Shown: positions 41,293 through 50,792 of the stretch, piece after piece
Layout of the letters: the number at the start of each line of letters is the position of its first letter
Numbering within the stretch: position 1 is the first letter of the stretch
NCBI GenBank assembly: GCA_041652535.1
Contig: JBAZHB010000003.1
Coordinates: 573 to 64,572, forward strand
DNA: 64,000 bases
Reading direction: 5' to 3'
Origin: Candidatus Babeliales bacterium
Lineage (GTDB): Bacteria > Babelota > Babeliae > Babelales > RVW-14
Program-made: the position numbers and the translations under genes
The notes under the pieces: generated by a model
Databases searched by the model: none
What the model was told of the DNA's origin: nothing
What the model saw: the letters and a program-made list of their open reading frames with translations, nothing else

Positions 41293-41822
41293 TAGAACCA
41301 AAGAAGCCGTGTATGATGTGTGCCAAGAAAACACTTGGTAAGAAATGGACACAGGCTGTCATCACAGGCGAGAAAACATCAGTAGATGCAGCAGCCGCGT
41401 TCAAATGTTCCATCGATGAAGTAGAGGAACACGTCTACAAACACGCCAAAGACACGACTGAAGTGGTCGCCGTCACAATCGTGCGCGACAAAGAATACTT
41501 CCTCACACAACTCGACGACATCAACGTCAAACTTCAAGAAGCCCTCGAAATTGTAGCCGAGGACATGGAACTTGACACGCGCAAACTCACGAGCGTCACC
41601 AAAGAGATTCGTGAAACACTCAAACTCCTCGCTGAAGTATCAGGAGTCATCGGTGCTGACAACAGCGCTGCAATGGCGCAGCAACTCACAGAGATGCAGC
41701 AGAAGTATCTGACCCTCACTGGACTTATCCTCGAAGAATGTTGTCCGGTCTGTCAGAAGAAAATCGTAGACCGACTCAAAGGTGAACAGAATGTCCAGCC
41801 GAAAGAAATTACTTCAGCATGA
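41271..41822 (+). CDS. Putative small terminase subunit
   Basis: GTG start 9 nt after AAGGAG. HTH-like N-terminus plus coiled coil. Lies immediately upstream of terL. Confidence 0.4.
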   Translation: MASNKALIEPKKPCMMCAKKTLGKKWTQAVITGEKTSVDAAAAFKCSIDEVEEHVYKHAKDTTEVVAVTIVRDKEYFLTQLDDINVKLQEALEIVAEDMELDTRKLTSVTKEIRETLKLLAEVSGVIGADNSAAMAQQLTEMQQKYLTLTGLILEECCPVCQKKIVDRLKGEQNVQPKEITSA

Positions 41823-41887
41823 AGGGCATCTGTTTGAGTCTGAAATGACAAAAGAACAAACCATCACAGAGATTAACAATATGGAGA

Positions 41888-43378
41888 ATGAAGATGGCAG
41901 TAAAAACAAAAGTAGACCGAAGCGAGTATTTTTCTAAAGACGGCTATGAATACGCCTCTGTAATTCTCCGTATGCGCCAGGACCCAATCTGGTTTCTGCG
42001 AGAACACTGTGGCGTGGAGCCGTTTCCAGCACAGGAAGAAATGATTCGTGAGTTCTATCGAGCCAAATACAACCCAACTCTCCCGCCTTACCGTCATCTT
42101 GTCCTTGCACTTGGTATGCGGTCAGGTAAAACGGCGATGAGTGGGATGTTTGGAGCCATCGAACTCATGGACATATGCACTATTTCCAACCCATCGAAGC
42201 ATTATAAACTGCTGAAAGGACAGGGCATTGCGCTTCTTGCGTTAGCCACTTCACTTGACCAGGCCCTCGAAGGAGTGTTCGGCAACACAGTGAATCTCCT
42301 TGAAGGCTCCGAATTTGTGCAGACGTGGATGGATTTCAAATTTAAATCGGACACAATCGAATGTCCAGACAAGAATGTGTTCTTCAAGGCTCTCGGGTCT
42401 TGGGCAAGCACAGCAGTTGGACGTTCAGCAAAGGCGGTTTTCTTTGACGAACTTGATAACTTTGAAGATACAACATCTAAACGAGGTGCAACCGAGGTTT
42501 ACTCGCGTGTTATTAAAGCCACCGATACGCTCGGTGCCGATGGACATACCTTCGCTCTGTCCTCACTCAAATCTCCAAACGGAATAATGATGAACCTCTG
42601 TAAAGATGCAGAGGATCAGAAGCGTCGTCTTGGAAATGCTTGCAACACCCTTGCATACATCCGACCAACGTGGGAAGTGAATCCTTTCTTCAATAAAGAA
42701 ACGCTGATGAAGGAGCATGAGAACAATCTGGCAGCATTTTGGAGAGATTTCGGATGTCAGCCGTCAATCTGGAACGCACTAGCGTTTCCAAATGGTGTTG
42801 TCCTCTCGAAGATGGACAATGTGCTTCTTGCACCGCCAGCAAGTGTCATCAACCAACCCTACCGTGTAATGGCAATCGATCCTGCCGTAAAGAAAGATGC
42901 CTTCGGTATCGCTTGTGGCTATCGTCATCGTTCAGGGAAGATAATTGTTGATGGTGTGCATCGTTTCCAGAAGAAAGAGGGTAACATCATGATTATGCCG
43001 TCAGAAATTAAGGCATATCTCAATCGTGTGCTGCCAACTCTTAACGTCAAAGTGTTCCTCCATGATACTTGGATGTATTCTGACATCATAGAGGAGATAA
43101 TCCACAAAGGAATAAAGACCGAGCAGCATATAGTCAACTACGATGATTACTCTACATGGCTCGATCTTGAATCCAGTGGAAAAGTGACCGTTGTTTATGA
43201 TGATGTCCTTCGTTTAGAATGTGACAAACTCATCGTGACACCAGGACAGAAGCCAAAGATAGACCACCCATCGGCTGGTTCTAAAGATATGGCTGATTCT
43301 GTCGCAAATTGTATGAGATATATTAATGAAAACAAATTGAATACGCTCCCGAAAATGACGGGATATATGGGGTTTTAA
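41888..43378 (+). CDS. terL: Terminase large subunit
   Basis: Walker A GMRSGKT, Walker B FFDELD, C-terminal nuclease-like AIDPA. Followed by the portal gene. Confidence 0.85.
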   Translation: MKMAVKTKVDRSEYFSKDGYEYASVILRMRQDPIWFLREHCGVEPFPAQEEMIREFYRAKYNPTLPPYRHLVLALGMRSGKTAMSGMFGAIELMDICTISNPSKHYKLLKGQGIALLALATSLDQALEGVFGNTVNLLEGSEFVQTWMDFKFKSDTIECPDKNVFFKALGSWASTAVGRSAKAVFFDELDNFEDTTSKRGATEVYSRVIKATDTLGADGHTFALSSLKSPNGIMMNLCKDAEDQKRRLGNACNTLAYIRPTWEVNPFFNKETLMKEHENNLAAFWRDFGCQPSIWNALAFPNGVVLSKMDNVLLAPPASVINQPYRVMAIDPAVKKDAFGIACGYRHRSGKIIVDGVHRFQKKEGNIMIMPSEIKAYLNRVLPTLNVKVFLHDTWMYSDIIEEIIHKGIKTEQHIVNYDDYSTWLDLESSGKVTVVYDDVLRLECDKLIVTPGQKPKIDHPSAGSKDMADSVANCMRYINENKLNTLPKMTGYMGF

Positions 43379-43380
43379 AA

Positions 43381-43536
43381 ATGAAATTGGACTATGGTAA
43401 GATTACTGATGAAATAATCGCCGAGTTTCCTGACCTCAAAAGACAGGAAGCGGTAGTGTTTGAAGTTGTGAAAAAAGTATCTCTCGCATATGGATGTGCA
43501 TTAAATGACTGCTTCAAAGAAAAAGACGACAACTAA
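43381..43536 (+). CDS. Possible mini-protein (51 aa) overlapping the annotated portal start
   Basis: MKLDYGKITDEIIAEFPDLKRQEAVVFEVVKK... Confidence 0.3.
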   Translation: MKLDYGKITDEIIAEFPDLKRQEAVVFEVVKKVSLAYGCALNDCFKEKDDN

Positions 43537-45079
43537 ATCGACTGCGCTGACAACCACAGAGAAGCATGAGTTCATGAATTCAGATGTCAATTCTTTTACT
43601 CTGCCAAACTCTAATAAGATCATCGCAGGACAAATGATTACAGGAAACCTAACAGCATACATCATGGGAATGTCTAACTTCGACGCTCTCACTGACTGTC
43701 AGGTTTTCGAGCAGATGTATAAGCATGAGGCTGACATCGGCTCTGGTATAGACCGAGTATCTACCCTCGTATCAGAGGCGTTCAAAGGAATTGTTCCAAA
43801 GGACATCGGAACTAAACTCGAAAAGAAAGAGGAGCGCTGCCTGAAGGATGCAAAGAAAATCTATGAGGCAATGCGCATTGATAATCTCGCTGAAGCATAC
43901 ACCGAAATTATAATGACACAGGGAAATCTATTTATCGACTACCGAAACAAACTCGCTCCGTCGATTCTTCCCAACAATCTTGTTACATTCATTCCTGATA
44001 TGCAGTATCGTAACAATGCGGCTATCGTTCTATTCACAGACCCGAAGTATCTTGTCGTCAATGAGCAGTTGAAACCACAGTCGCCAAGTTACGTCATCGA
44101 GCGCGAGAACTATATTCATATCAAGTATAAAGATTCACCCGTTATGGCGATGGACAATCTCTCCAGGACCACATTCGGCATCTACTCAATCTCTCCTCTA
44201 CATCGCTGTATTATTCCCGTCTGGTGGAAACGTCAGATCACAATGATTGATATTCTGCTTCGTGCAAAGATGATACCTAGAGAACACCACCAGATCAACG
44301 CTGAAATCTTCAGTCTGGAAGGTTATCAGGGTACTCCTGACCAGCAACGCGCTGCACAGGCCGCAGATGTTCAATTGTTTATCTCGAACTACATCAACAC
44401 CATCAAGAATCAGGCAGTTGATCAGGGATACATCACACTTGACACAGTGGACATCAAATCCGTCGGTGGAGATAGTAAGTATCTTCAGAGCAACGATCTC
44501 CTGAAACAACTTCAGGGCGACATCTACACTGGACTGAACGTTCCTGCATCAATCGTCAATGGTAAAGATGCTGGTTCCTATGCTAGCGAACTAGTAGTAT
44601 CCAATTACGTGTCAGCAAAGGTAATACAGATAGCCAAGAAGATTAAGTTCGTGCTTCTCAACATGATTCGTGACAGACTCTTATTAATAGATCCCACGTA
44701 TCCAATAGAGATTGTAGACATCAAACTCGAACTGATCCTCTCAATGAACCGTCTTGAATCCTTCCGTCAGTTATCCCTCATGGTTGCTGCTGGTGTCTTT
44801 ACACAGGACGAGATTCGTGCTATCGTGGCATACGACGCGCTGACTGATGAACAGAAGAAGAACATTGTTTCGACGGGTAAACTTGTCATTGGTGATCCAG
44901 GTGAGGAGCCAGAGGAACCAGAGTTTCCAAAGGCGCCTGGTGAAAAGATAGGTGTAACCGCCAACAATGTCGCTGCTAATGCAGCAAGAGGTGGCAACGG
45001 AGAAGATGCTGCCTATCCTGATACCGACGAAAGTGCTGGTTCTCATACCAGAGATGCGTCGCAAAACATTTTGAGATAG
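43505..45079 (+). CDS. Portal protein (start may be ATG 43574)
   Basis: 524 aa, directly after terL. Call rests on size and position only. Confidence 0.6.
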   Translation: MTASKKKTTTKSTALTTTEKHEFMNSDVNSFTLPNSNKIIAGQMITGNLTAYIMGMSNFDALTDCQVFEQMYKHEADIGSGIDRVSTLVSEAFKGIVPKDIGTKLEKKEERCLKDAKKIYEAMRIDNLAEAYTEIIMTQGNLFIDYRNKLAPSILPNNLVTFIPDMQYRNNAAIVLFTDPKYLVVNEQLKPQSPSYVIERENYIHIKYKDSPVMAMDNLSRTTFGIYSISPLHRCIIPVWWKRQITMIDILLRAKMIPREHHQINAEIFSLEGYQGTPDQQRAAQAADVQLFISNYINTIKNQAVDQGYITLDTVDIKSVGGDSKYLQSNDLLKQLQGDIYTGLNVPASIVNGKDAGSYASELVVSNYVSAKVIQIAKKIKFVLLNMIRDRLLLIDPTYPIEIVDIKLELILSMNRLESFRQLSLMVAAGVFTQDEIRAIVAYDALTDEQKKNIVSTGKLVIGDPGEEPEEPEFPKAPGEKIGVTANNVAANAARGGNGEDAAYPDTDESAGSHTRDASQNILR

Positions 45080-45112
45080 ACTTATACAACCTATCTCTAT
45101 TTAACGAAAGAA

Positions 45113-45122
45113 AAATATATAC
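45113..45122 (+). promoter_or_regulatory. AAATATATAC box
   Basis: Lies 24 nt upstream of ATG 45147. Confidence 0.3.
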
Positions 45123-45146
45123 ATAGGAATAGTGTTTGGTGATATT

Positions 45147-46505
45147 ATGTTTAACTTTGGGGATGTAGTATGGATTGACTCTACGAATCTCAAAGTCCAA
45201 GGCGCAGCCATCACTAAAGGAATCTGTCGTTCAGCAGAAGGTAAGGAATTTGACTTTACTAACGAACTGATGACAAAAATCCTTTCGCATTTTGATAGTG
45301 CCGTACCAATTAAGATTGGGCATGGCGACACACCAGAAGTAGGACGTGCTTTCAAGATGGGATATGACTCAACTTCAAAGAGTCTACCATTTGTAGGACA
45401 CATCTACGGCGATGATAAACGTGATGAAATTGAATCTCATGGAAAGAACAAGATCAGTCCAGAGATCGACTTCACTTTTGACGCAACTGGTTTACCTATT
45501 GATGGTGTCATAACTGCTCTTGCCCTCGTTCCAATACCAGCAATGGAAGGAACACAGGTAAGTTGTATGCCTATGACATTTAGCGCTCCCTCTCATCCTT
45601 GGGATTACGGTAAGGACGCAACTGGTTCTTGGGATAAGCCAAGCCTCGGCGACTTTACTAGTAAGAACTGGGGAGAGTTGGATGAGAAAGAGAAGTCAAA
45701 TATTGCAGGCCACTTTGCTTATTCTGCCGAACTACCTGCGACATCTTTCGGTGATTTCAAGTTCCCACATCACAACCCCAAATCACACGCGGTTGTATGG
45801 GCGGCTGTTGCTAACGCAATGGCTCGATTGAAACAGTCATCGCTTGATTCGTCTGATAGAAAGACAGTATATAATCATTTAGTTAAACACTACAAAGAGT
45901 TTGACAAACCTGTTCCTGCGATGTTTGAGAGTGACCATATGAAACAAGAAGGAATCATGGTATTCTACCCGAAGGGAACAGAAGTAGTCGAACCGATTAC
46001 TCCTCCCGTCGTGGAACCAACTGGCTCTGCAAACTTTGAAGCAGAGATCAGTAAATATAAAGAGATGAGCGCTCGCTTCGAGGCTGAAGCAGTAGCAGCA
46101 AAGGCTGAAGTTGCATCCGCACACGCTGATGTAGCAGGTCTTAAGGCTGTTGCCGATGCTAAAACCGCAGAGAACGCAACTCTTGCTGCACAGATAAATG
46201 ACTACAAGAGCAAGGTTGACGCACTCACGGCAGAGAACTCTGGTTTCATTCAAGAGAAAACAGATGTTGTCGTAGCGGAACTCAAAACGCTCGGATTCAA
46301 AGCGCCTGAAACTATCGCCGCAGATTTACCAGCGAAGCAGCGCATTGAAGTACTGAAGCAGATGAAAAGCAACTTTGTTGTAAATGCTCCAGGTGAAACT
46401 CCCACGACTCCAGTAGTCGTTCCTCCCGCGAAGAAAACGGGTAAGGCCGCTGTGATCGAGAGCATGCCCGAAGAATTAAGAAAATATATTAAATCAGGTG
46501 AATAA
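45147..46505 (+). CDS. Scaffolding protein, possibly with an N-terminal protease-like domain
   Basis: Long Ala/Glu/Lys coiled coil EAEISKYKEMSARFEAEAVAAKAEV... Lies between portal and capsid. GTG 45132 is the alternative start. Confidence 0.5.
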   Translation: MFNFGDVVWIDSTNLKVQGAAITKGICRSAEGKEFDFTNELMTKILSHFDSAVPIKIGHGDTPEVGRAFKMGYDSTSKSLPFVGHIYGDDKRDEIESHGKNKISPEIDFTFDATGLPIDGVITALALVPIPAMEGTQVSCMPMTFSAPSHPWDYGKDATGSWDKPSLGDFTSKNWGELDEKEKSNIAGHFAYSAELPATSFGDFKFPHHNPKSHAVVWAAVANAMARLKQSSLDSSDRKTVYNHLVKHYKEFDKPVPAMFESDHMKQEGIMVFYPKGTEVVEPITPPVVEPTGSANFEAEISKYKEMSARFEAEAVAAKAEVASAHADVAGLKAVADAKTAENATLAAQINDYKSKVDALTAENSGFIQEKTDVVVAELKTLGFKAPETIAADLPAKQRIEVLKQMKSNFVVNAPGETPTTPVVVPPAKKTGKAAVIESMPEELRKYIKSGE

Positions 46506-46507
46506 AC

Positions 46508-46954
46508 ATGTCAGGTGGATTTGTTAATGGTATCGAATATCCCGGCCGCAGGTTTACTGCTCATCAGGCAATAACCTATGCTGGATCGCTCGTGAAGTTT
46601 GTTGCAGGTGTAGCAGACGAAGTTGACCTCGCAGTTGAAGGCGATATGCCCATTGGTTACGTCCATATGGGTTCTCTGTCGCTCGCTACTGGCGCAGTTG
46701 CATACGCGGCTGACGCATCCGTCGCAGTTAAAGGACTCGTTCCCGGAACTGTTGTTGAGATGCCCGTCGTAGCAGGTAACATTGAGATCACCATTGGTGC
46801 AGAAGTCGAAACCGCCGCAGGTGGCTGTGTCGATGGTTCTGACGCTGGTGCAGGATCAATGGTTGTCGGTAAGGCACTTGAACTTGTTGCCGCAGGACAG
46901 GCAGCAGGAACGTTTGTGAAAGTGTGGGTAGCACCGAGGTTCGTCCTCTCGTAG
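46508..46954 (+). CDS. Putative head decoration protein (Gly/Ala/Val-rich, DUF2190-like)
   Basis: Call rests on position between scaffold and capsid genes and on composition. Confidence 0.4.
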   Translation: MSGGFVNGIEYPGRRFTAHQAITYAGSLVKFVAGVADEVDLAVEGDMPIGYVHMGSLSLATGAVAYAADASVAVKGLVPGTVVEMPVVAGNIEITIGAEVETAAGGCVDGSDAGAGSMVVGKALELVAAGQAAGTFVKVWVAPRFVLS

Positions 46955-46962
46955 ATTAATTA

Positions 46963-47850
46963 ATGGAGATGAATAACATGACAAAATACAATTTTTCAAG
47001 CGGTTACAACACCTCTGATGCAGACGCAATGCGCGCGATGCTGACTACCGAGATCGTCTACAACCTTGCAGACACTCTGTATGTTGGTGGACTGCTCATG
47101 CCAACCAGCACGACCCCTAACCTTCTGTACAAACTTGCAACCCCGACGACCAACACATTCGAGATGCAGGAAATTGTAGAAGGCGGTAAGGCTGATCTGT
47201 CTGACTTCCAGTGGTACGGACAGTACATCGAACTGAAAAAGAACCAGGTTCGCTACATCATTGACGATGAAGTCAAGGCAGTCGAGCAGGGTGCAGAGCA
47301 GGAAACTCTCAACGCACAGTATTCCGCACAGGCCCTCGCATACAAGAAAGACCGTCAGATTTTCACCGCAGCCCTCGCTGGTGCAGGTGACACGGTTGCC
47401 GCCGGTGGATTCTGGGATGCAGCCGCAAGCCAGCCCCAGGACGACATCCTGAAAGCAATCGCCAAGATCGTCAACAACACGACCATTACCGACAGCGATC
47501 TTAAGAACATGGTTCTTCTGTATCCCGCAAAGGTATTCGGTCAGTTGTCCAAGCCGATTCAGATCGGTGAGATCCAGCAATCAGTTGAGGAATTTATCGG
47601 CAAGAAAGGCCTGAAGATCGCGTTCACTCGCGCACTCACGACCTCCGCAATTGTCGGTATCAACACTCCCCGTATGGGCCGCCACATGGTTCACGATGGA
47701 TCAAAGATCCCCGGTGCCGAAACCTGGCGTGAAGTCGGTGTTGGTCAGGGATTCCTCGTCACCCAGTACTTCAACACGGCAATCATACCGTATGCGTCTG
47801 GGCAGTCAACCTCCAAGTATCTCTGTACCATCACAGGCGTATCAGCATAA
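46963..47850 (+). CDS. Major capsid protein (HK97-fold by position); start may be ATG 46978
   Basis: About 290 aa after scaffold and decoration genes. GC-rich codon usage. Followed by an oligo-T run. Confidence 0.6.
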   Translation: MEMNNMTKYNFSSGYNTSDADAMRAMLTTEIVYNLADTLYVGGLLMPTSTTPNLLYKLATPTTNTFEMQEIVEGGKADLSDFQWYGQYIELKKNQVRYIIDDEVKAVEQGAEQETLNAQYSAQALAYKKDRQIFTAALAGAGDTVAAGGFWDAAASQPQDDILKAIAKIVNNTTITDSDLKNMVLLYPAKVFGQLSKPIQIGEIQQSVEEFIGKKGLKIAFTRALTTSAIVGINTPRMGRHMVHDGSKIPGAETWREVGVGQGFLVTQYFNTAIIPYASGQSTSKYLCTITGVSA

Positions 47851-47866
47851 TCCTGATACAAATTTA

Positions 47867-47871
47867 TTTTT
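47867..47871 (+). terminator. T5 run after the capsid gene
   Basis: AAATTTATTTTTGAGG. Confidence 0.3.
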
Positions 47872-47883
47872 GAGGCGTTAATT

Positions 47884-48303
47884 ATGGCAATCGATCTAGC
47901 AAGACTTATCCTCGATGTTCAGGTTAGTTTGTCTGATATTCCCGACAACTACGCCACTGATGAACAATTATATGACAGCCTCAAAATGGCACAAGGTTAT
48001 ATCGACACACTCATTGATGATAGTGTCACAGAGGATTTAGAGGCTAAAGCAATTAGAGCGCTTGCCACGTATTTTGCGTATGTCAATTATACAAGTTTAG
48101 TTGAACGCACTCGCGGCGAAGTATCACAAGCATCCTCTATTAAACTCGCTGCACTTCAACGCATAGCAGTTTCTTTTCTACGACGTATAACGACTCTCGC
48201 AATAAACGATGATACAACGGTTGACCAGTCGGCAGGAGCAAAGAAATTATGGGCAGCAGTAGGCATGTCCGTTTCAACTCTTGATTCCAACATCTCAACC
48301 TAA
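47884..48303 (+). CDS. Head-tail connector/adaptor (gp6-like)
   Basis: LILDVQVSLSDIPDNYATDEQLYDSLKMAQGYIDTLI pattern, plus position. Confidence 0.45.
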   Translation: MAIDLARLILDVQVSLSDIPDNYATDEQLYDSLKMAQGYIDTLIDDSVTEDLEAKAIRALATYFAYVNYTSLVERTRGEVSQASSIKLAALQRIAVSFLRRITTLAINDDTTVDQSAGAKKLWAAVGMSVSTLDSNIST

Positions 48304-48340
48304 CTCTTTTGTATCATATGAGAACGTGGCTTCTCTTGCT

Positions 48341-48358
48341 CTAGCAGCATCTAATAAG
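48341..48358 (+). promoter_or_regulatory. CTAGCAGCATCTAATAAG element
   Basis: 17 of 18 nt identical to 54216-54233. Its TAATAA core (48352-48357) lies 38 nt before GTG 48396. Confidence 0.35.
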
Positions 48359-48395
48359 AGTCTAGTAGAAATAATAATATGCTTGATGGACAAGT

Positions 48396-49028
48396 GTGGG
48401 TGTTACTGTGATTCGATTGAAGTGGAAGCCTAATAAGTCTGTATCAAGACAGTTCAATAAAATTTTCAAAGGTAATCAACCAGCAATCAACGAAGTCATG
48501 GAGAAGGCAGAAGCACAAATTCAAGAGTATTGGAAGGATAACGTCTATTCATACTTCGATGCTCGCGCAAAAGCAGGACTTCCAAACACAGGTCAATTAG
48601 GCAGGTCTTTAAGAATAAAAGTTTCAGGAACTAAATTACAGTTCTTCATGGTTCCCATGCACAATGACAGGACGAAGAAAGTTGAGTTTGATTTTCGTAT
48701 CCCAATGTTCTCTGGTAAGATGTCTTTTAAAGCATTTGTCATGCCAAGCATGGGAGTAGGTCGTATAAAAGATTACGACTATGGTGAACTATTAAGAAAT
48801 GGTTTCAGCGCATCTAATAGTGGTGCATACAGTTACGAAAAGGACTGTAAGGTTGGCGTTTATACAGGCGGCTACCATCCTGGTTATGATGCCAAGACCC
48901 GTTGGGTTCCTTGGTATGAGGACTTCTCTGGTGAAGCAAGACAAATCCTTGCCGATTTAATGATAGAAAAACTTAAAGCGGCAGGAGCAACTATTAAAGG
49001 ACAGTGGAGAGTTGATATTGTAATATGA
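48396..49028 (+). CDS. Head-tail joining/neck protein (hypothetical, 210 aa, GTG start)
   Basis: ORF track. Call rests on position. Confidence 0.4.
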   Translation: MGVTVIRLKWKPNKSVSRQFNKIFKGNQPAINEVMEKAEAQIQEYWKDNVYSYFDARAKAGLPNTGQLGRSLRIKVSGTKLQFFMVPMHNDRTKKVEFDFRIPMFSGKMSFKAFVMPSMGVGRIKDYDYGELLRNGFSASNSGAYSYEKDCKVGVYTGGYHPGYDAKTRWVPWYEDFSGEARQILADLMIEKLKAAGATIKGQWRVDIVI

Positions 49029-49378
49029 TTATCGCTGACATCGCAAAGGCACTCCAATCACACAAATACAAAGTAGATACGATGCTGATGAATAAAGAGG
49101 CGACGAATCATGTTTCTGTCGTTCTCGCTGGCTTTGACCCAATGCTCGAAACTGGTTCAACGTATCTTCCTGAAGTAGAGGTGCATATAATATTTTATAT
49201 GACTGATGGAGATCTCGCAATCGCACAGATAAAAGACATTATTGAGATCATACACGAAGATGTTGTTCTCACGAACTATCATCATTTCAGATTTGATTCA
49301 GTAAATATAAATGCTACCAACAACGATCTTGAAATCAAAATGGTAATTAAATACAGGGATGTGATTAATCTTGGTTAA
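49025..49378 (+). CDS. Tail completion-like protein (hypothetical, 117 aa)
   Basis: ORF track. Call rests on position. Confidence 0.4.
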   Translation: MIIADIAKALQSHKYKVDTMLMNKEATNHVSVVLAGFDPMLETGSTYLPEVEVHIIFYMTDGDLAIAQIKDIIEIIHEDVVLTNYHHFRFDSVNINATNNDLEIKMVIKYRDVINLG

Positions 49379-50258
49379 CTATGTTAAAGTCGGTAATGAA
49401 TCCAATTTTGGAACACATGTTGCTACGACAGGTATCAATGTGTCTGATGTAAGTGTCGATGTTGATCGTTCACTTCTTATTGAGGAGAATATTGATAACT
49501 TCATCGCTGCAACTGCATACGGTGGCCCACTTAAAATCAGTGGTTCTATTGAGGGAACGCTTCGTCCGAAGCAACTCGAACTTATGCTGAAAGCATTTAT
49601 GGGTGATGCAACTGGCCCATATACATTCAGTGTTCCAACGTCGATGTCAATAGACATTGGTGAGGAACTGATGAACCAGGAAATGCAATGTGTTGGTTGT
49701 GGTATCTCGAAACTCTCACTGACATTCGCGGCAAAAGAGTTTGCAACATTCACGGCTGACTTCTTCGCAAAGAACTACTCACTCGTTGCTTTCTCCGAAC
49801 CAACTATCACCGCCGAAGATCCAGCAGTATTCTACAATGCGAGTCTTACAATAGGAGGCACTCCATCAACCGAGATTAAAGAAATCACAGTTGACCTCGA
49901 TAGAAAACTCGATGATGATAACTTCGTCCTTAACGACTTCACTCTCCATCGTCTTGCACGAACTGGTGTGACTAGCGTTACTGGTTCAATTACATTCGCT
50001 GAAACTGCGTTTGATGAGTATAGACGCGCACTCACTGGAACAACTTCTGGTACTGCCGTAGATGCTAATAACACCGTGGGAAGTGCAGCACTCATTATTA
50101 TCTGTACTAACATGGCAGGAACCGAATCATTCAGACTATCCATGCCTGTATCCGTATATGGAAAGGGTGGCAAGAAAATCTCAAAGGTTTCAGAAATTGA
50201 AAAGATTGTAGACTTCACCGCAACAGGTAGTGGAGTTACATTCACGGTGGCGGCTTAA
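49371..50258 (+). CDS. Major tail (tube) protein, TTG start
   Basis: 295 aa immediately upstream of the chaperone pair and tape measure gene. Confidence 0.5.
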   Translation: MVNYVKVGNESNFGTHVATTGINVSDVSVDVDRSLLIEENIDNFIAATAYGGPLKISGSIEGTLRPKQLELMLKAFMGDATGPYTFSVPTSMSIDIGEELMNQEMQCVGCGISKLSLTFAAKEFATFTADFFAKNYSLVAFSEPTITAEDPAVFYNASLTIGGTPSTEIKEITVDLDRKLDDDNFVLNDFTLHRLARTGVTSVTGSITFAETAFDEYRRALTGTTSGTAVDANNTVGSAALIIICTNMAGTESFRLSMPVSVYGKGGKKISKVSEIEKIVDFTATGSGVTFTVAA

Positions 50259-50260
50259 GT

Positions 50261-50608
50261 ATGATATTCATTAATGTCGAAGTGAAAAGTGGAGTGTATA
50301 AAATCCGCAAGCCAATGGGCAGGATGGGCGCACTCCACTTTGGTATTATCACAAAATACATGCCAGCAAATAAGAAGGCAGAAGGCGACCCAATGTCGCC
50401 AATGGAACAGGAACGTATCGGCGAAGGATTTGAACAGTGGGCGCAGAAAGTCCTGCCAAATCTCCTCATTTCTTTTACTCCCAAAGATTCAGCAGCACCG
50501 AAGGATTCAATAACAATCGACGATGTAAGTGGTGAAGATCAATACTCGTTATTCCTTGCTGTGTGTTCGACGATGGAAACGTCGGAAACATTCTTTCGGA
50601 TTGTTTAA
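50261..50608 (+). CDS. Tail assembly chaperone (G-like)
   Basis: 115 aa between the tube and tape measure genes. Confidence 0.5.
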   Translation: MIFINVEVKSGVYKIRKPMGRMGALHFGIITKYMPANKKAEGDPMSPMEQERIGEGFEQWAQKVLPNLLISFTPKDSAAPKDSITIDDVSGEDQYSLFLAVCSTMETSETFFRIV

Positions 50609-50789
50609 AAAGGAAATGAAAGTTGCCCTCGGTATAGTAGCAATTGACACTGGTCAACGTCCATCAACTCTTTTAACTTGGACTGAAGAAGAAGATTGGA
50701 TGGCTCGTTTACTTTTTGATTTTGATGTAATAAATACATATCATACCGAAGAAAACAAAGAGCAAAAGAAAGCGATGAAAAGGAGGTGA
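50529..50789 (+). CDS. Tail chaperone frameshift extension (T-like), +1 frame relative to 50261-50608
   Basis: Open frame overlaps the G stop and ends 3 nt before the tape measure ATG. Candidate shift site TTC TTT CGG at 50591-50599. Confidence 0.4.
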   Translation: MVKINTRYSLLCVRRWKRRKHSFGLFKKEMKVALGIVAIDTGQRPSTLLTWTEEEDWMARLLFDFDVINTYHTEENKEQKKAMKRR

Positions 50790-50792
50790 ACT

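Noticed and set aside
41792-41938. 48-aa ORF (MSSRKKLLQHEGHLF...) overlapping the terS end and terL start
   Set aside because: It has a GGTGA SD but overlaps two better-supported genes. It cannot be distinguished from chance without conservation data.
43172-43182. Second TCCAGTGGAAA 11-mer, considered as a second ORB
   Set aside because: It lies within terL coding sequence (codons ESSGK) and far from any AT-rich tract. It is most simply a coincidence.
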